DNA from: a virus
DNA: 64,000 bases
Direction: 5' to 3' (one strand)
Virus record (IMG/VR): IMGVR_UViG_3300050021_000500
Span: 19,915 to 83,914 of that record
Shown: positions 43,079 through 52,237 of the stretch, piece after piece
How the letters are laid out: the number at the start of each line of letters is the position of its first letter
How positions within the stretch are numbered: position 1 is the first letter of the stretch
Notes under the pieces: generated by a model
The model's database searches: none
Seen by the model: the letters and a program-made list of their open reading frames with translations, nothing else
Told to the model about the DNA's origin: nothing
Translations under genes and position numbers: made by a program

Positions 43079-46000
43079 TCACATTGCTAACGTAGCGTGA
43101 TCGAATTCCCAATTTCCGCCGAAGCCGACGAAACTGATGATGGAGGTAGAGTTCGCGGCGGAGTTGGTCGCCGCATCAACCAGCGGTCCAAACAACACGC
43201 CAGTGCCCCAGGTCACCGCCCACCCTCCGGTGCCATCCTGTTTGATGCGGGCCTTCCAGATCCACCCATCGGAAGGCGTGCCAGGGGAACTGATGGTCGT
43301 AGCAGCCGTGAGCGTCTGGTTGGTAGTGAGGACAACGGCTGGAGTTGCCGATGACGGCAACGGGCCAAATAAAACCCTATCGTAGGCGGCAGCAGACCAA
43401 GCGCCGGTTTGCAGAACCGACTTCCCGTTTGCCGGCACCCAGTCTGCCGTCGAGGTGGCGTTTCGGTTCATCACATAGAACCGGTACTGCATGTAAACGT
43501 AGGTGGTCCCGGTATTGTAATCGAACTCCAACGGGTCAGTGGACCGTGCCATGCCCGCGCTCACGGTATCGCCTATAGGATCGTTGGGACCGTAGAACAC
43601 TACCTCAGTACCACCCATGTTAGATGGCGCGGGCGTCCCACTTGCGTCGGTGCATTGCACCGTGATGCGGGTAAATGATGCGTTCACATCCGTGGGGTCG
43701 GTCCATGTGACTCCAGGAATGCGAACAAAATGCGAACCATCTGCCCGCGTCACATCATAAGGATTTGGACCGCTTACGCCAGCAGCAATAGTCGCCGTGG
43801 TAACGCACGTCGCAGAGGGAAGCCCAAGTCCGCCCACGCTGAACGCCGAAGATGCCGTAGCACCCAACCCCACCAAATCAGACGCAGAGTACAGCCGGTT
43901 TGGATCTCCCAGGATGGCTCCGGTCATGCAGTACGCGTACCAATTGGTCGTTGTCGCCGGGACAAGCCGCATGAAAGGGAAAGACTGGCTGGCACCCACC
44001 ATGACGTTCCACCCGACGCCCTGATACTTGGTTGGGTCGGTAGCCAGGGGGAGCCAGAAGGTGACGTTCTGCGGAACCTGGTTTCCATTGAGCGTGGGCG
44101 CAATGTTGATCTGCGTGGAGAGCAGACGCGTGATCGGGTCGGCTACGCGATTGGTGGGATAGTCGGCGGCGGCGACGGCGGTCACTGCCGACGCCTCAAC
44201 CGTTACGGTCGCTGTATAAGGCGAGGCAGTGGGCGCCCCGTACTCATTCAGGCAGGTAAACCGCAGCGTCCAGCCGACAGCCGTTCTCCCCTGCGGAAAC
44301 TGTATCGTCCCGCCGTCGTAGCTGGCATACGTCGCACCGAACGAGGAGCGCGGGACAGACACTATGGGGGTCCAGCTTGTGCCCCCCGTGATCTGCGCGT
44401 CGATCTGAATCGACGCAAGGTGGGAGTAGTTGGGATCAGATGTCGGCAGCGTAATCGCGTTCACCCCAACGAAGCCAAACGACGAATCATTGCCGTTCAT
44501 CCCGTAGGCCGCGGTCGCTGTAGCCGCGGTGACGTTGGGCGCCGCTGCATTGGTCAGGATGGCAGGGCCAAAAAGCAGGCGTAAATATGCGGCACCGCCC
44601 CAAGCGGTGGTCTCCAGGACTGATTTACCGGCAGACGGGTTCCAGTCCGCAGTATTCGTAGCGTTGCGGTTCATGTAGTAGAACCGGTACTGCATGTAGG
44701 TGTACGTTGAGCCGACAGGGTTATAGTCGAACTCCAAAATGTCAGTCGCACGCGCCGCCCCAGGGCTTACCACGTCCCCGAGCGCGTCCAGCGGGCCATA
44801 GAACGGCACTTCCGTTCCGCCCTGTCCGGAAGGAGCCGGGCTGCCACCCGAGTCCACACACTGCACGGTGATTCGCATGAAGGAAGCGTTCGGGTCCGTG
44901 GTGTCGGTCCAGGTGACGCCGGGGATGCGAACATAGTGCGAACCGTCTGGGCGCATTTGGTCGTAGGGGTTTGCTCCTCCGACCCCGGCGGCGATAGCGG
45001 CGGTGGTGACCGCATTTGCGGCCGGCAGGCCCAAGCCCGATATCGAAATACCGGATGAAACCACGGAGCCGGGGTAAAGTGTGGCCAAATTGGCCGACGT
45101 GACCGCGACAGACGGTGAGCCGACAGCACCGGAGCAGGCGGCAATCTTCCACGTCTGCGCGGGGCCGGGGACAAGCCGGGCAAATTGGATCTGCTGACCA
45201 ACCGTGTCCATGCGCGCCCATCCGCACCACGTGTACGTCGCTCCATTGTCGGTGCTGAGAAGATAGGTGACGTTCTGCGGTACCTGGCCACCGTTGAGGA
45301 TTGGGATGAACCCTACCGTCAAGCTGAGGAGTCGCGTCGCGGCATTCACCGGATCGATATATCGCGTCCCGACTTCCACCGCCGATGTGAAACCGCTGAC
45401 AGCGGATGCCTCTACCGTGACGCTCACGGTGATTGGGGAATCGGTTGGTGAGCCTGCCGCATTCAGCGCGGTGAACCGGACCGTCCAGGAAGAGGACGCC
45501 CGCGTCTGCGGAAACTCAAATACTGGGCCAGTATAGTCCACGTAACTGCCGCCAAACGATGCCTGCGGAATAGTTACGACATTTGTCCATCCCGTCGCCC
45601 CATTCAATTGCGCATCCACCTGCACCGCTGCCAGATAGGAGTAGTGAGGGTCCGCTGTGGGAAGGATGATGCGCCCGGCGAAACCGAAAGACGAATCGTT
45701 TGCCCACATGCCGTAAGAGGCCGCTGCGGTTGTGCCCGAGACGGTAATATTCGGTGCGGCAGCCAGAACGGCAGGGCCGAACGAAAGTCGCAAATAGGCC
45801 GCACTGCTCCAGGCCGTCGTTTGCAGCACGGACTTCCCGGAGACGGACCAATCGGCTGTGGAGGTGGCATTCCGGTTCATGACGTAGAACCGGTACTGCA
45901 TGTACGTGTAGGTAGAACCGACGGGGTTGTAGTCGAATTCCAACGGGTTGGTGGCGCGCGCCATGCCCGCGCTCACGGTATCGCCGATGGGATCGTTGGG

Positions 46001-47053
46001 GCCGAAGAACGGAACCTCGGTACCGCCTTGGTCTGCCGGCGCGGCAACTCCCGAGGAGTCCACGCATTGCACCGTGATCCGCGTGAACGAAGCGTTCGGG
46101 TCCGTGGGATCCGTCCAGGTGACTCCAGGGATGCGGACAAAATGCGAACCATCGGCGCGAATCACGTCGTAGGGATTCGCGCCGCCCACTCCGGCCGCGA
46201 TGGCCGCTGTGGTGACGCACGAAGCGGAGGGTAGCCCCAGCCCCGCAACGGTTCCGCCGGCGCCCGATCCAGTGATGCTCCCGCCCACGGCACCCAGCGC
46301 GGTCAACTCCGCCGCGGTATAGAGATGGTTGGGATCGCCGACAAGCGCCCCCGTCGCGCAGTAAACCGACCATGCCGTGTCGGCAGCGGGTACCAGGCGG
46401 ACAGCGGAGAACGTCTGCCCCACCGTCGTCATCTTGTCCCAGCCGACGCCTTGGTACTTGGTTGGATCCGTGGCCAACGGGAAGAACGAGGTCACGTTCT
46501 GCGGGACCTGCCCACCATTCAGCACCGGCACGTAGGTAATCAACGTGGAGACCAGCCGGGTGATAGGATCGGCAGTGCGGGTGCCCGTGTCCGTGCCTGC
46601 GACGCTCGTCACGGCAGACGCTTGCACCGTCACGCTCACGGTGACCGGCGAGGCGGTCGCGGAGCCGAGTTCATTCACCGCGAGAAACTGCAATTCCCAA
46701 TAAGCGATGGCGCGGGTCTGCTCAAATTCTCCGCTGCCAATGTCCGAACCGGATGAATAGGTCACCGTACTCAGGCCGAATGACGCGCGCGGCACTGTCA
46801 CCACCGGAGCCCACCCGGTAGTCCCCACGATCCGTGCATTGATCTGGATGGAGTCCAGGTGCGCGTAATCCGGGTCGGTAGTCGGGAGTGTGATCGTTCC
46901 CGCAAGTCCGAACACGCTGTCGTTCGCCCACATGCCGTAGGTGGCCGCGGCGGTGGCGCTGGTGATGTTGGGGGCGGCAGGGCCGGCCGGAGGCGTACTC
47001 CCTCCGCTGACGCCGGCGATTCCCCCTCCCGCGAGTTGGATCCAGGTTGGCAT
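43079..47053 (-). CDS. Large tail protein with three ~405-aa internal repeats
   Basis: Repeats start AAPN(I/V)T..YGM..NDS.FG; C-terminal IKQDGTGGWAVTW. Confidence 0.8.
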   Translation of the reverse strand: MPTWIQLAGGGIAGVSGGSTPPAGPAAPNITSATAAATYGMWANDSVFGLAGTITLPTTDPDYAHLDSIQINARIVGTTGWAPVVTVPRASFGLSTVTYSSGSDIGSGEFEQTRAIAYWELQFLAVNELGSATASPVTVSVTVQASAVTSVAGTDTGTRTADPITRLVSTLITYVPVLNGGQVPQNVTSFFPLATDPTKYQGVGWDKMTTVGQTFSAVRLVPAADTAWSVYCATGALVGDPNHLYTAAELTALGAVGGSITGSGAGGTVAGLGLPSASCVTTAAIAAGVGGANPYDVIRADGSHFVRIPGVTWTDPTDPNASFTRITVQCVDSSGVAAPADQGGTEVPFFGPNDPIGDTVSAGMARATNPLEFDYNPVGSTYTYMQYRFYVMNRNATSTADWSVSGKSVLQTTAWSSAAYLRLSFGPAVLAAAPNITVSGTTAAASYGMWANDSSFGFAGRIILPTADPHYSYLAAVQVDAQLNGATGWTNVVTIPQASFGGSYVDYTGPVFEFPQTRASSSWTVRFTALNAAGSPTDSPITVSVTVEASAVSGFTSAVEVGTRYIDPVNAATRLLSLTVGFIPILNGGQVPQNVTYLLSTDNGATYTWCGWARMDTVGQQIQFARLVPGPAQTWKIAACSGAVGSPSVAVTSANLATLYPGSVVSSGISISGLGLPAANAVTTAAIAAGVGGANPYDQMRPDGSHYVRIPGVTWTDTTDPNASFMRITVQCVDSGGSPAPSGQGGTEVPFYGPLDALGDVVSPGAARATDILEFDYNPVGSTYTYMQYRFYYMNRNATNTADWNPSAGKSVLETTAWGGAAYLRLLFGPAILTNAAAPNVTAATATAAYGMNGNDSSFGFVGVNAITLPTSDPNYSHLASIQIDAQITGGTSWTPIVSVPRSSFGATYASYDGGTIQFPQGRTAVGWTLRFTCLNEYGAPTASPYTATVTVEASAVTAVAAADYPTNRVADPITRLLSTQINIAPTLNGNQVPQNVTFWLPLATDPTKYQGVGWNVMVGASQSFPFMRLVPATTTNWYAYCMTGAILGDPNRLYSASDLVGLGATASSAFSVGGLGLPSATCVTTATIAAGVSGPNPYDVTRADGSHFVRIPGVTWTDPTDVNASFTRITVQCTDASGTPAPSNMGGTEVVFYGPNDPIGDTVSAGMARSTDPLEFDYNTGTTYVYMQYRFYVMNRNATSTADWVPANGKSVLQTGAWSAAAYDRVLFGPLPSSATPAVVLTTNQTLTAATTISSPGTPSDGWIWKARIKQDGTGGWAVTWGTGVLFGPLVDAATNSAANSTSIISFVGFGGNWEFDHATLAM

Positions 47054-47087
47054 TTAATTGGGTATTCAGTTGGCGATGAAGATTGAA

Positions 47088-47186
47088 ACGGTTAAAGGCT
47101 TCGAGGCTTGTGGGCCTGAGTGCGGAGGGCTCGTGATCCTGCCGCCGGGGCCAACCGTCGCCGCAGGACGGCGCTGGCCCGGCTCT
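47088..47186 (+). repeat. Hairpin end element L5 (pair 5)
   Basis: ACGGTTAAAG...GCCGGGGCCA ACCGT CGCCG CAGGA CGGCG C TGGCCCGGC TCT; close to L1. Confidence 0.9.
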
Positions 47187-47210
47187 AAAGGTGTAAACTG
47201 GGATTGTTAT

Positions 47211-47283
47211 TGCGGATTGGCGCAGAGGCAGCGCGGGAGGCTCATAACCTTCAGGTCATCGGTTCGACCGATATCCGCTACCA
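47211..47283 (+). tRNA. tRNA with CAT anticodon (Met/fMet-like), atypical 5-nt T loop
   Basis: Acceptor tGCGGAT/ATCCGCt, D stem GCGC/GCGC, anticodon arm GGAGG-CTCATAA-CCTTC, T arm ATCGG-TTCGA-CCGAT, ACCA end. Confidence 0.85.
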
Positions 47284-47303
47284 AGATCCCACCCACACGA
47301 TGA

Positions 47304-47506
47304 GGGGGGAGTGGAAAGCCCAACGTAGTCAGGGAATTCAGGAATCGACGGGCATGGTTAGTAGCGGGGCCGGTTGTGAGTGAATACCCCGCGAAACAAA
47401 CCTGAAGCCATCGCAGTAAACCGGCCGATCCGGGTAGATGGTGACAGCGGTTGACCGTAATGAACTCAACGGCCTGTAGGTCCTAAGTTGGGATACTGCT
47501 CTCCCC
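47304..47506 (+). ncRNA. Putative ~200-nt structured RNA
   Basis: Nested pairings GGGGGGAGTGG/CTGCTCTCCCC, CCCAAC/GTTGGG, CAGG/CCTG, GGCCGGTT/AACCGGCC. G-U pairs favour the + strand. Confidence 0.6.
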
Positions 47507-47540
47507 GCCCCTCCGATCTCCCGCACCCGCATTTGACCTC

Positions 47541-47637
47541 AGAGCCGCTTCAGCGGGCCGTCTTCGGCCTGACGGTTGAAGCGGCGGGAACCCAAAGCGG
47601 GCCGCCCTTTCAGCGCGTCTCCCGCCAACTTCTCAGG
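47541..47637 (-). repeat. Hairpin end element R5 (pair 5)
   Basis: Minus strand: CCTGAGAAGTTG...GCCGCTTCA ACCGT CAGGCCG AAGA CGGCCCG C TGAAGCGGC TCT. Confidence 0.9.
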
Positions 47638-47639
47638 GC

Positions 47640-50600
47640 TTATCCCTGTGCTGCCGCCCTGGCATACCAGACACCCAATTCTTTTGAATTGTCAGGCAGG
47701 AGGAACGTTGCTGTCCCATCCTGGAAGGTGTCCGCTGCTGCTGCTTCGATGTCCACGTAATTGATAGAGGTGTCCACTTTAGCGATGCCGAACAGTTGGT
47801 TGGGCACTCTGGTAATCGGCAGCAACCAGACGATGAGAGCGCCCGGTAGAGTGATTGCCGTGGTATCCGCATGCGGGGCCGCGGTGGTTCCCGCGACGCC
47901 ACGCTCGACCGTCCAGTTCGCGGTGCCCCCGCCGGACATGATCCGCATCCACTCGCTTTCGATCTGCACCACTGTGCCGGTTTTGGAATTGACGCCGCTG
48001 GCCACCGTGATCGCAGTCACGACGCCGTCGATGCCGCCAGATAGGGCATCGGGGCTCGGCTGGGTTACCCCGGAGGCGTCGCAGAGAATTGTTCCATCGG
48101 TCGGTAGTTGGTAGTCGCTCGTGAGGAGCAGTCGTGTGCCCTGCGCCCCGTAGATGTAGATTTCCCGATAGGGGCAGAATGCTTCGATAGATTCCAGGCT
48201 GGCGGGGGATTCGGCGAAGGCGCGAACCAGGATGGTCCTCTGCTGCCAGTTGGCCACGTTAATTGTGCTTGAGAGCACCGCGGTGTAATCGGAATTGAGC
48301 GCGGTGGAACTCGGTACGCCCTGGTCCAACCAATCGGCATCCTCAACGATGAAACGCGAACTCGCGTCGGGGATGGTGTCCCATGTGCCCTCGATGGTCA
48401 GCACCGTAGGCGTATTGCTTTGAATGCGCCGATGTTGGCCCTTACCGGTGCCGGCGAAGAGGCGGACAATGCGCCCCGGTTCGTCGCCCACGCGCATGCC
48501 GTGGGTAATCATGACCGCGGCTCCCCCGCCGGTGTAGGAGCCTGAAGTCGTAGTGCTGTCCAGGGTAAAATGCCGGTTATCAATCACGGTCACGGTATGC
48601 AGGCCGTTGGCCGCGGTGTTGCCCATGACCCCGGCGAGTTGTACTTCGTCTCCGGTTTTATAAATATTCGGCGTCGCCGTGGTGATCTCAATGGGCGATC
48701 CGGCGGCATCGGTCACTGGGACGGGAGGGTCGTATTGATCGACCGAATTGACAAAGTTCGCGTCTCCGATGGTGTTGGCGGAGAATGTGTCCGGCCGGGC
48801 GCGCATGACGAGGACGTCGCCGGCCTTGAAGCCAAGCGCCAAAGGATCCGGCGTAACCGTCAGCGTATCGGTTGTGTTCGCCGTCACCCGGAAATCCGCG
48901 ATAGGCAAGGGGTCCGAAGAATTCAACTGGCCGAGAATCGAGCAATCGTAGCCGATCCATTGGGAAGCGGTCCAGCCGATCCCAGCCACCTGAAACGCGC
49001 CGGTGCTCACGTCGCTCAATGCGACGCCAAAGACGCCGGCATGCTGTACCAGTTTGGTGCGAAAAATCAGATTTGAGAATTGCGCGTCGGGTGGCCCCCA
49101 CGAGAGCGTTTTCAGCGTGGTGATGGTGATTGAGGCCGGAGCGCTTCCGAAGTCGGTTTCATCGCCCTGATAGCCCAGGTGCTGCTCATCTGTCCCGGCG
49201 AACACCAGATATCCGGCGCCCCCATCGGCCCAGAACAAAGGCCCGGAGCCGATGGTGTTGGTAGCCGTGACCGAGAGGATGTTGATGTGGATCAGGTGCG
49301 AGAGTTGGGTAATTTGCCCGTTGGAATCTTTGGCCGCGATCGCAATCAGATATTCCTGGCGGCCGTCTATGGTTCCCCCTGTCGACGCGGTGACGCCTTG
49401 GATCTGGGTGAGGGGGGGGGCCGTCGCGGCGGAAAAGCTGTTGACCGGCTGGCGTCCGCTCACGGTGACTTGCGCGATCGGCGAGCCATCCGCCCCGCCG
49501 AGGTACTGCTGGCTGATGGCGAAGCCGTAGTCCGTCGGGGAGTAAACCGAATCGCTTGCGATGGGCTGCTCGGCGCCGGGGTGCCAAGGGTACGGCAGAC
49601 GGTTTGTGGTGCGCTGGCCGGGATCTTGCCAGAAAGTGGCGGGCGTCTGTCCGTAGGAGTCGGTGTACCAGATGTCTTCATGCCACTGAAGGGTCAAGGT
49701 ACAACGTTCGTAGTCCGTCTCCGGACTGATCTGAATCACCCGGGCCAGAACGCCGTCAATCGGGCTGCCTCCTGAAATGAGATGGGCGTAGGGATTCAGC
49801 GCCATCGCCTGGTAGCGCACGAGGACGATGTGCCCCACCCGCAGATGCTCGATGCGGTGGTTGGTGGGAATCTCAAAATACCGCGTCCCCCGCGAGTCCG
49901 TGCCTTCGTTGCCGTGCAGGTTCTCCGCCATGCGCTGGTTCGAAATGCGGATGCCTTGATCGAAATTCGAAATGCCGATTACCTGGAAGTTGTCGGCCAC
50001 TTCCTGGCCGCCCAGATAGCCTCCGGCCCGGGCTACGTCCGGCGCGTCCACCATGGAGAGCGAATCGTCGGCATAGCTGTTATCGGCGTCCTGGAAGGGG
50101 AAAGTAATCCGGTTCGCCGTGCTGGCCGTGGGCTGAGCGTAAATCCGAATCTGCGGAACGCCCTTTCCGTCCTGCTCGATCACGTTTTCGTCGATCAGGT
50201 ATGCGACGTACCCGACCGCCGCGTCGCCGTTGGCGCGGATGGAGTTGATGGCATCGTTGAAGTTCGAGCCCGCTACCGCCGTGGGCTGCTGGTCGGCCAG
50301 GGTCTGCCGGATGAAGAGCTGCAGTAGGCCAGTGTCCGAGTTGGGGACCAACTGGCCGTTGAAGCTGTTCTCCATGCCCTGCAGGACTTCGGCGGCGCTC
50401 CTGCGTTGACGTAGCGCAAACTCCGTCTGGAAGCGGTTGTGCACCGCGCTGGCGCCTGTCAAATCGGTATAAGTGACGCCGCCCTTGGCATGCTGGGAGA
50501 CGGCATAGAAGCTGTCAATATCGAGTTCGCCGAATTGCCAGTTGGCCCAGGTCAGCACATCCATGGCGTTCCAGGCCGGATCGCGCGAGGGAACGCGAGC

Positions 50601-52211
50601 GTGGAGATTGCTCGTTGGAGTCCATGGCGAATCCCCTGGCTGGAAATCGTGGAGCGCCCGGTAGCGGATATAGCCGCCGGTTCCAGACCCGCTCAACGCA
50701 GAGCTGGCCAAGGTAACCGTGCCGGGAGGGCCCGTGGTGGCCCCGGCCAATTGCCAATTCAGGTTCACCGCAGACCAGGAGTTGCCGACGATCTGAATGG
50801 TATAGGGCGGAGCTCCGGCGATGTCGTAGTTGGCTACCCCCCCAGGCAGGGTCACCACGACCTTCGTCCCGTCGCCCACCGCACTGTCGATGAGCGCGTA
50901 GTGCCAGATGGCCGGACCTTTACAGAGGACGCGTACGGAGGGGATGCTGCTCGATTGCGCCAGTTCGTTATACACCACGATCTCGATCACCGCCGACGAG
51001 CCGTAGGGATCGCCGCGCGGGATTCCCGCCGAATCGTTGTATCCGGCGTCCTGGGTAGGACTGCCATTGCGCGAGCCGGTATGCGATCCCAGGGGGGTGC
51101 CGATGAAGTTCCAGCGGAAGAGCTCGTTCGCGGCGGTCACCCAGACCGTGTTGCCGAGGAAAGTGATCTGATGCGCTATCCCCAGTTGCGGTACGATGAC
51201 CCCGTTACACACCACTTCGAGTATCCCGTCCGGCCCGACGTCCCCCAGGGAGACGACGCATTCCATGCGCGTCGCATTCCCGTCCCCCAGGACATTGACG
51301 ACCAGCGGCTCGACCCATTGCTCGCCATACAACTGGGGAAAACTCTCGTTATAGATGCTGGTGTTCAGCGCAGAGAAGACCGTAATCTGTTTGCTCTGGG
51401 TGTAGCTGGTGGCTTGATTCTCACGGGAGGGCGGAATCCATTGCACACCCCCGAAGCGGCCGGTTTGGCGATTCGCCGAGTCCTTGAGATACATGCCGCG
51501 GGCGACGCAGTCGTCCTTGGTGTAGGCACAATCCGTGTAAGTCCCGTTGCCACGTTGACAAGTTCCGCCAATCTCCGGATCGATTCCAGCCTGGTCCGGG
51601 TTGTAGCCGCATTCCCAGTACTGCGATGCCGGGTTGGTGGCGCCATCCAGACGCTGCGCGGCAGTGGCTGGGAAAATCCACGGGCAGCGGGGCTGGCAAT
51701 GAACGGCCGGCAGAAAGACCTTGGCGGTATTGTGCGCGCTCGTAGCGGCGACCGTGAGGAGTTGCCCGCCGTGTTCCATAATCGGCGCGTCGCAGATGCC
51801 GCGGAACTTCATCGGCGCGTCGGAGGTGAAGACGTAGCTTCCGTTCGATGGGTCGATATCGAAGAGCACGATCTGTACCGTCAAGATCGCGCCCTTGAAA
51901 CCCGGCGCCGGCGCCTGCTCGTAGCTGGTCCACAAAAATTGATCGGAGTTGTCGAGGTGGAGGGCGAATGAGGGGATCCGGTCCAGGCCGGACTCGGATC
52001 GGGATTGCAAAGCGCCGATGTCCTGCTTGTCAACGCGCGCCATCCAGTCATGAGACTGGAACTGGTAGCCGCCTTCGGTGAGGTTCAGGGGATGGGTCGA
52101 GAAGCGGGCGTAGGAGCCGTCAACGAATTGCAGCGTTGCCAACAGCAGGGGCTGATAGCCCTGGGGCGAGGCGTCTTTGTTGGCGATGACGGTACCGGAG
52201 AGGAGAGGCAT
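47640..52211 (-). CDS. Tail tip/central tail (host-specificity-like) protein
   Basis: 1523 aa, two genes after the tape measure gene; CPW..C..C Cys cluster; NRITFPFQD..Y. Confidence 0.8.
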   Translation of the reverse strand: MPLLSGTVIANKDASPQGYQPLLLATLQFVDGSYARFSTHPLNLTEGGYQFQSHDWMARVDKQDIGALQSRSESGLDRIPSFALHLDNSDQFLWTSYEQAPAPGFKGAILTVQIVLFDIDPSNGSYVFTSDAPMKFRGICDAPIMEHGGQLLTVAATSAHNTAKVFLPAVHCQPRCPWIFPATAAQRLDGATNPASQYWECGYNPDQAGIDPEIGGTCQRGNGTYTDCAYTKDDCVARGMYLKDSANRQTGRFGGVQWIPPSRENQATSYTQSKQITVFSALNTSIYNESFPQLYGEQWVEPLVVNVLGDGNATRMECVVSLGDVGPDGILEVVCNGVIVPQLGIAHQITFLGNTVWVTAANELFRWNFIGTPLGSHTGSRNGSPTQDAGYNDSAGIPRGDPYGSSAVIEIVVYNELAQSSSIPSVRVLCKGPAIWHYALIDSAVGDGTKVVVTLPGGVANYDIAGAPPYTIQIVGNSWSAVNLNWQLAGATTGPPGTVTLASSALSGSGTGGYIRYRALHDFQPGDSPWTPTSNLHARVPSRDPAWNAMDVLTWANWQFGELDIDSFYAVSQHAKGGVTYTDLTGASAVHNRFQTEFALRQRRSAAEVLQGMENSFNGQLVPNSDTGLLQLFIRQTLADQQPTAVAGSNFNDAINSIRANGDAAVGYVAYLIDENVIEQDGKGVPQIRIYAQPTASTANRITFPFQDADNSYADDSLSMVDAPDVARAGGYLGGQEVADNFQVIGISNFDQGIRISNQRMAENLHGNEGTDSRGTRYFEIPTNHRIEHLRVGHIVLVRYQAMALNPYAHLISGGSPIDGVLARVIQISPETDYERCTLTLQWHEDIWYTDSYGQTPATFWQDPGQRTTNRLPYPWHPGAEQPIASDSVYSPTDYGFAISQQYLGGADGSPIAQVTVSGRQPVNSFSAATAPPLTQIQGVTASTGGTIDGRQEYLIAIAAKDSNGQITQLSHLIHINILSVTATNTIGSGPLFWADGGAGYLVFAGTDEQHLGYQGDETDFGSAPASITITTLKTLSWGPPDAQFSNLIFRTKLVQHAGVFGVALSDVSTGAFQVAGIGWTASQWIGYDCSILGQLNSSDPLPIADFRVTANTTDTLTVTPDPLALGFKAGDVLVMRARPDTFSANTIGDANFVNSVDQYDPPVPVTDAAGSPIEITTATPNIYKTGDEVQLAGVMGNTAANGLHTVTVIDNRHFTLDSTTTSGSYTGGGAAVMITHGMRVGDEPGRIVRLFAGTGKGQHRRIQSNTPTVLTIEGTWDTIPDASSRFIVEDADWLDQGVPSSTALNSDYTAVLSSTINVANWQQRTILVRAFAESPASLESIEAFCPYREIYIYGAQGTRLLLTSDYQLPTDGTILCDASGVTQPSPDALSGGIDGVVTAITVASGVNSKTGTVVQIESEWMRIMSGGGTANWTVERGVAGTTAAPHADTTAITLPGALIVWLLPITRVPNQLFGIAKVDTSINYVDIEAAAADTFQDGTATFLLPDNSKELGVWYARAAAQG

Positions 52212-52237
52212 GGACGTGAGTTATACGCTACGATGAA

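Noticed and set aside
43079-47053. Diversity-generating retroelement TR/VR pair
   Set aside because: The repeats are all coding, differences do not look adenine-specific, and no reverse transcriptase is in the window.
47304-47506. RNase P RNA
   Set aside because: GGAAAGCCC only loosely resembles GAGGAAAGUCC, and the 3' P4 partner is missing.
2602-47637. Paired elements as intrinsic terminators, integron attC sites or dif sites
   Set aside because: They have no U-tracts and several are translated. They lack RYYYAAC/GTTRRRY boxes, are inverted rather than direct, and show no XerD-type arm.
50439-51971. Long antisense ORFs (e.g. 50439-51971, 19197-20435, 52340-53614, 43730-44584)
   Set aside because: They are shadows of real genes in GC-rich DNA, with Arg/Gly-rich composition and no motifs or RBS.
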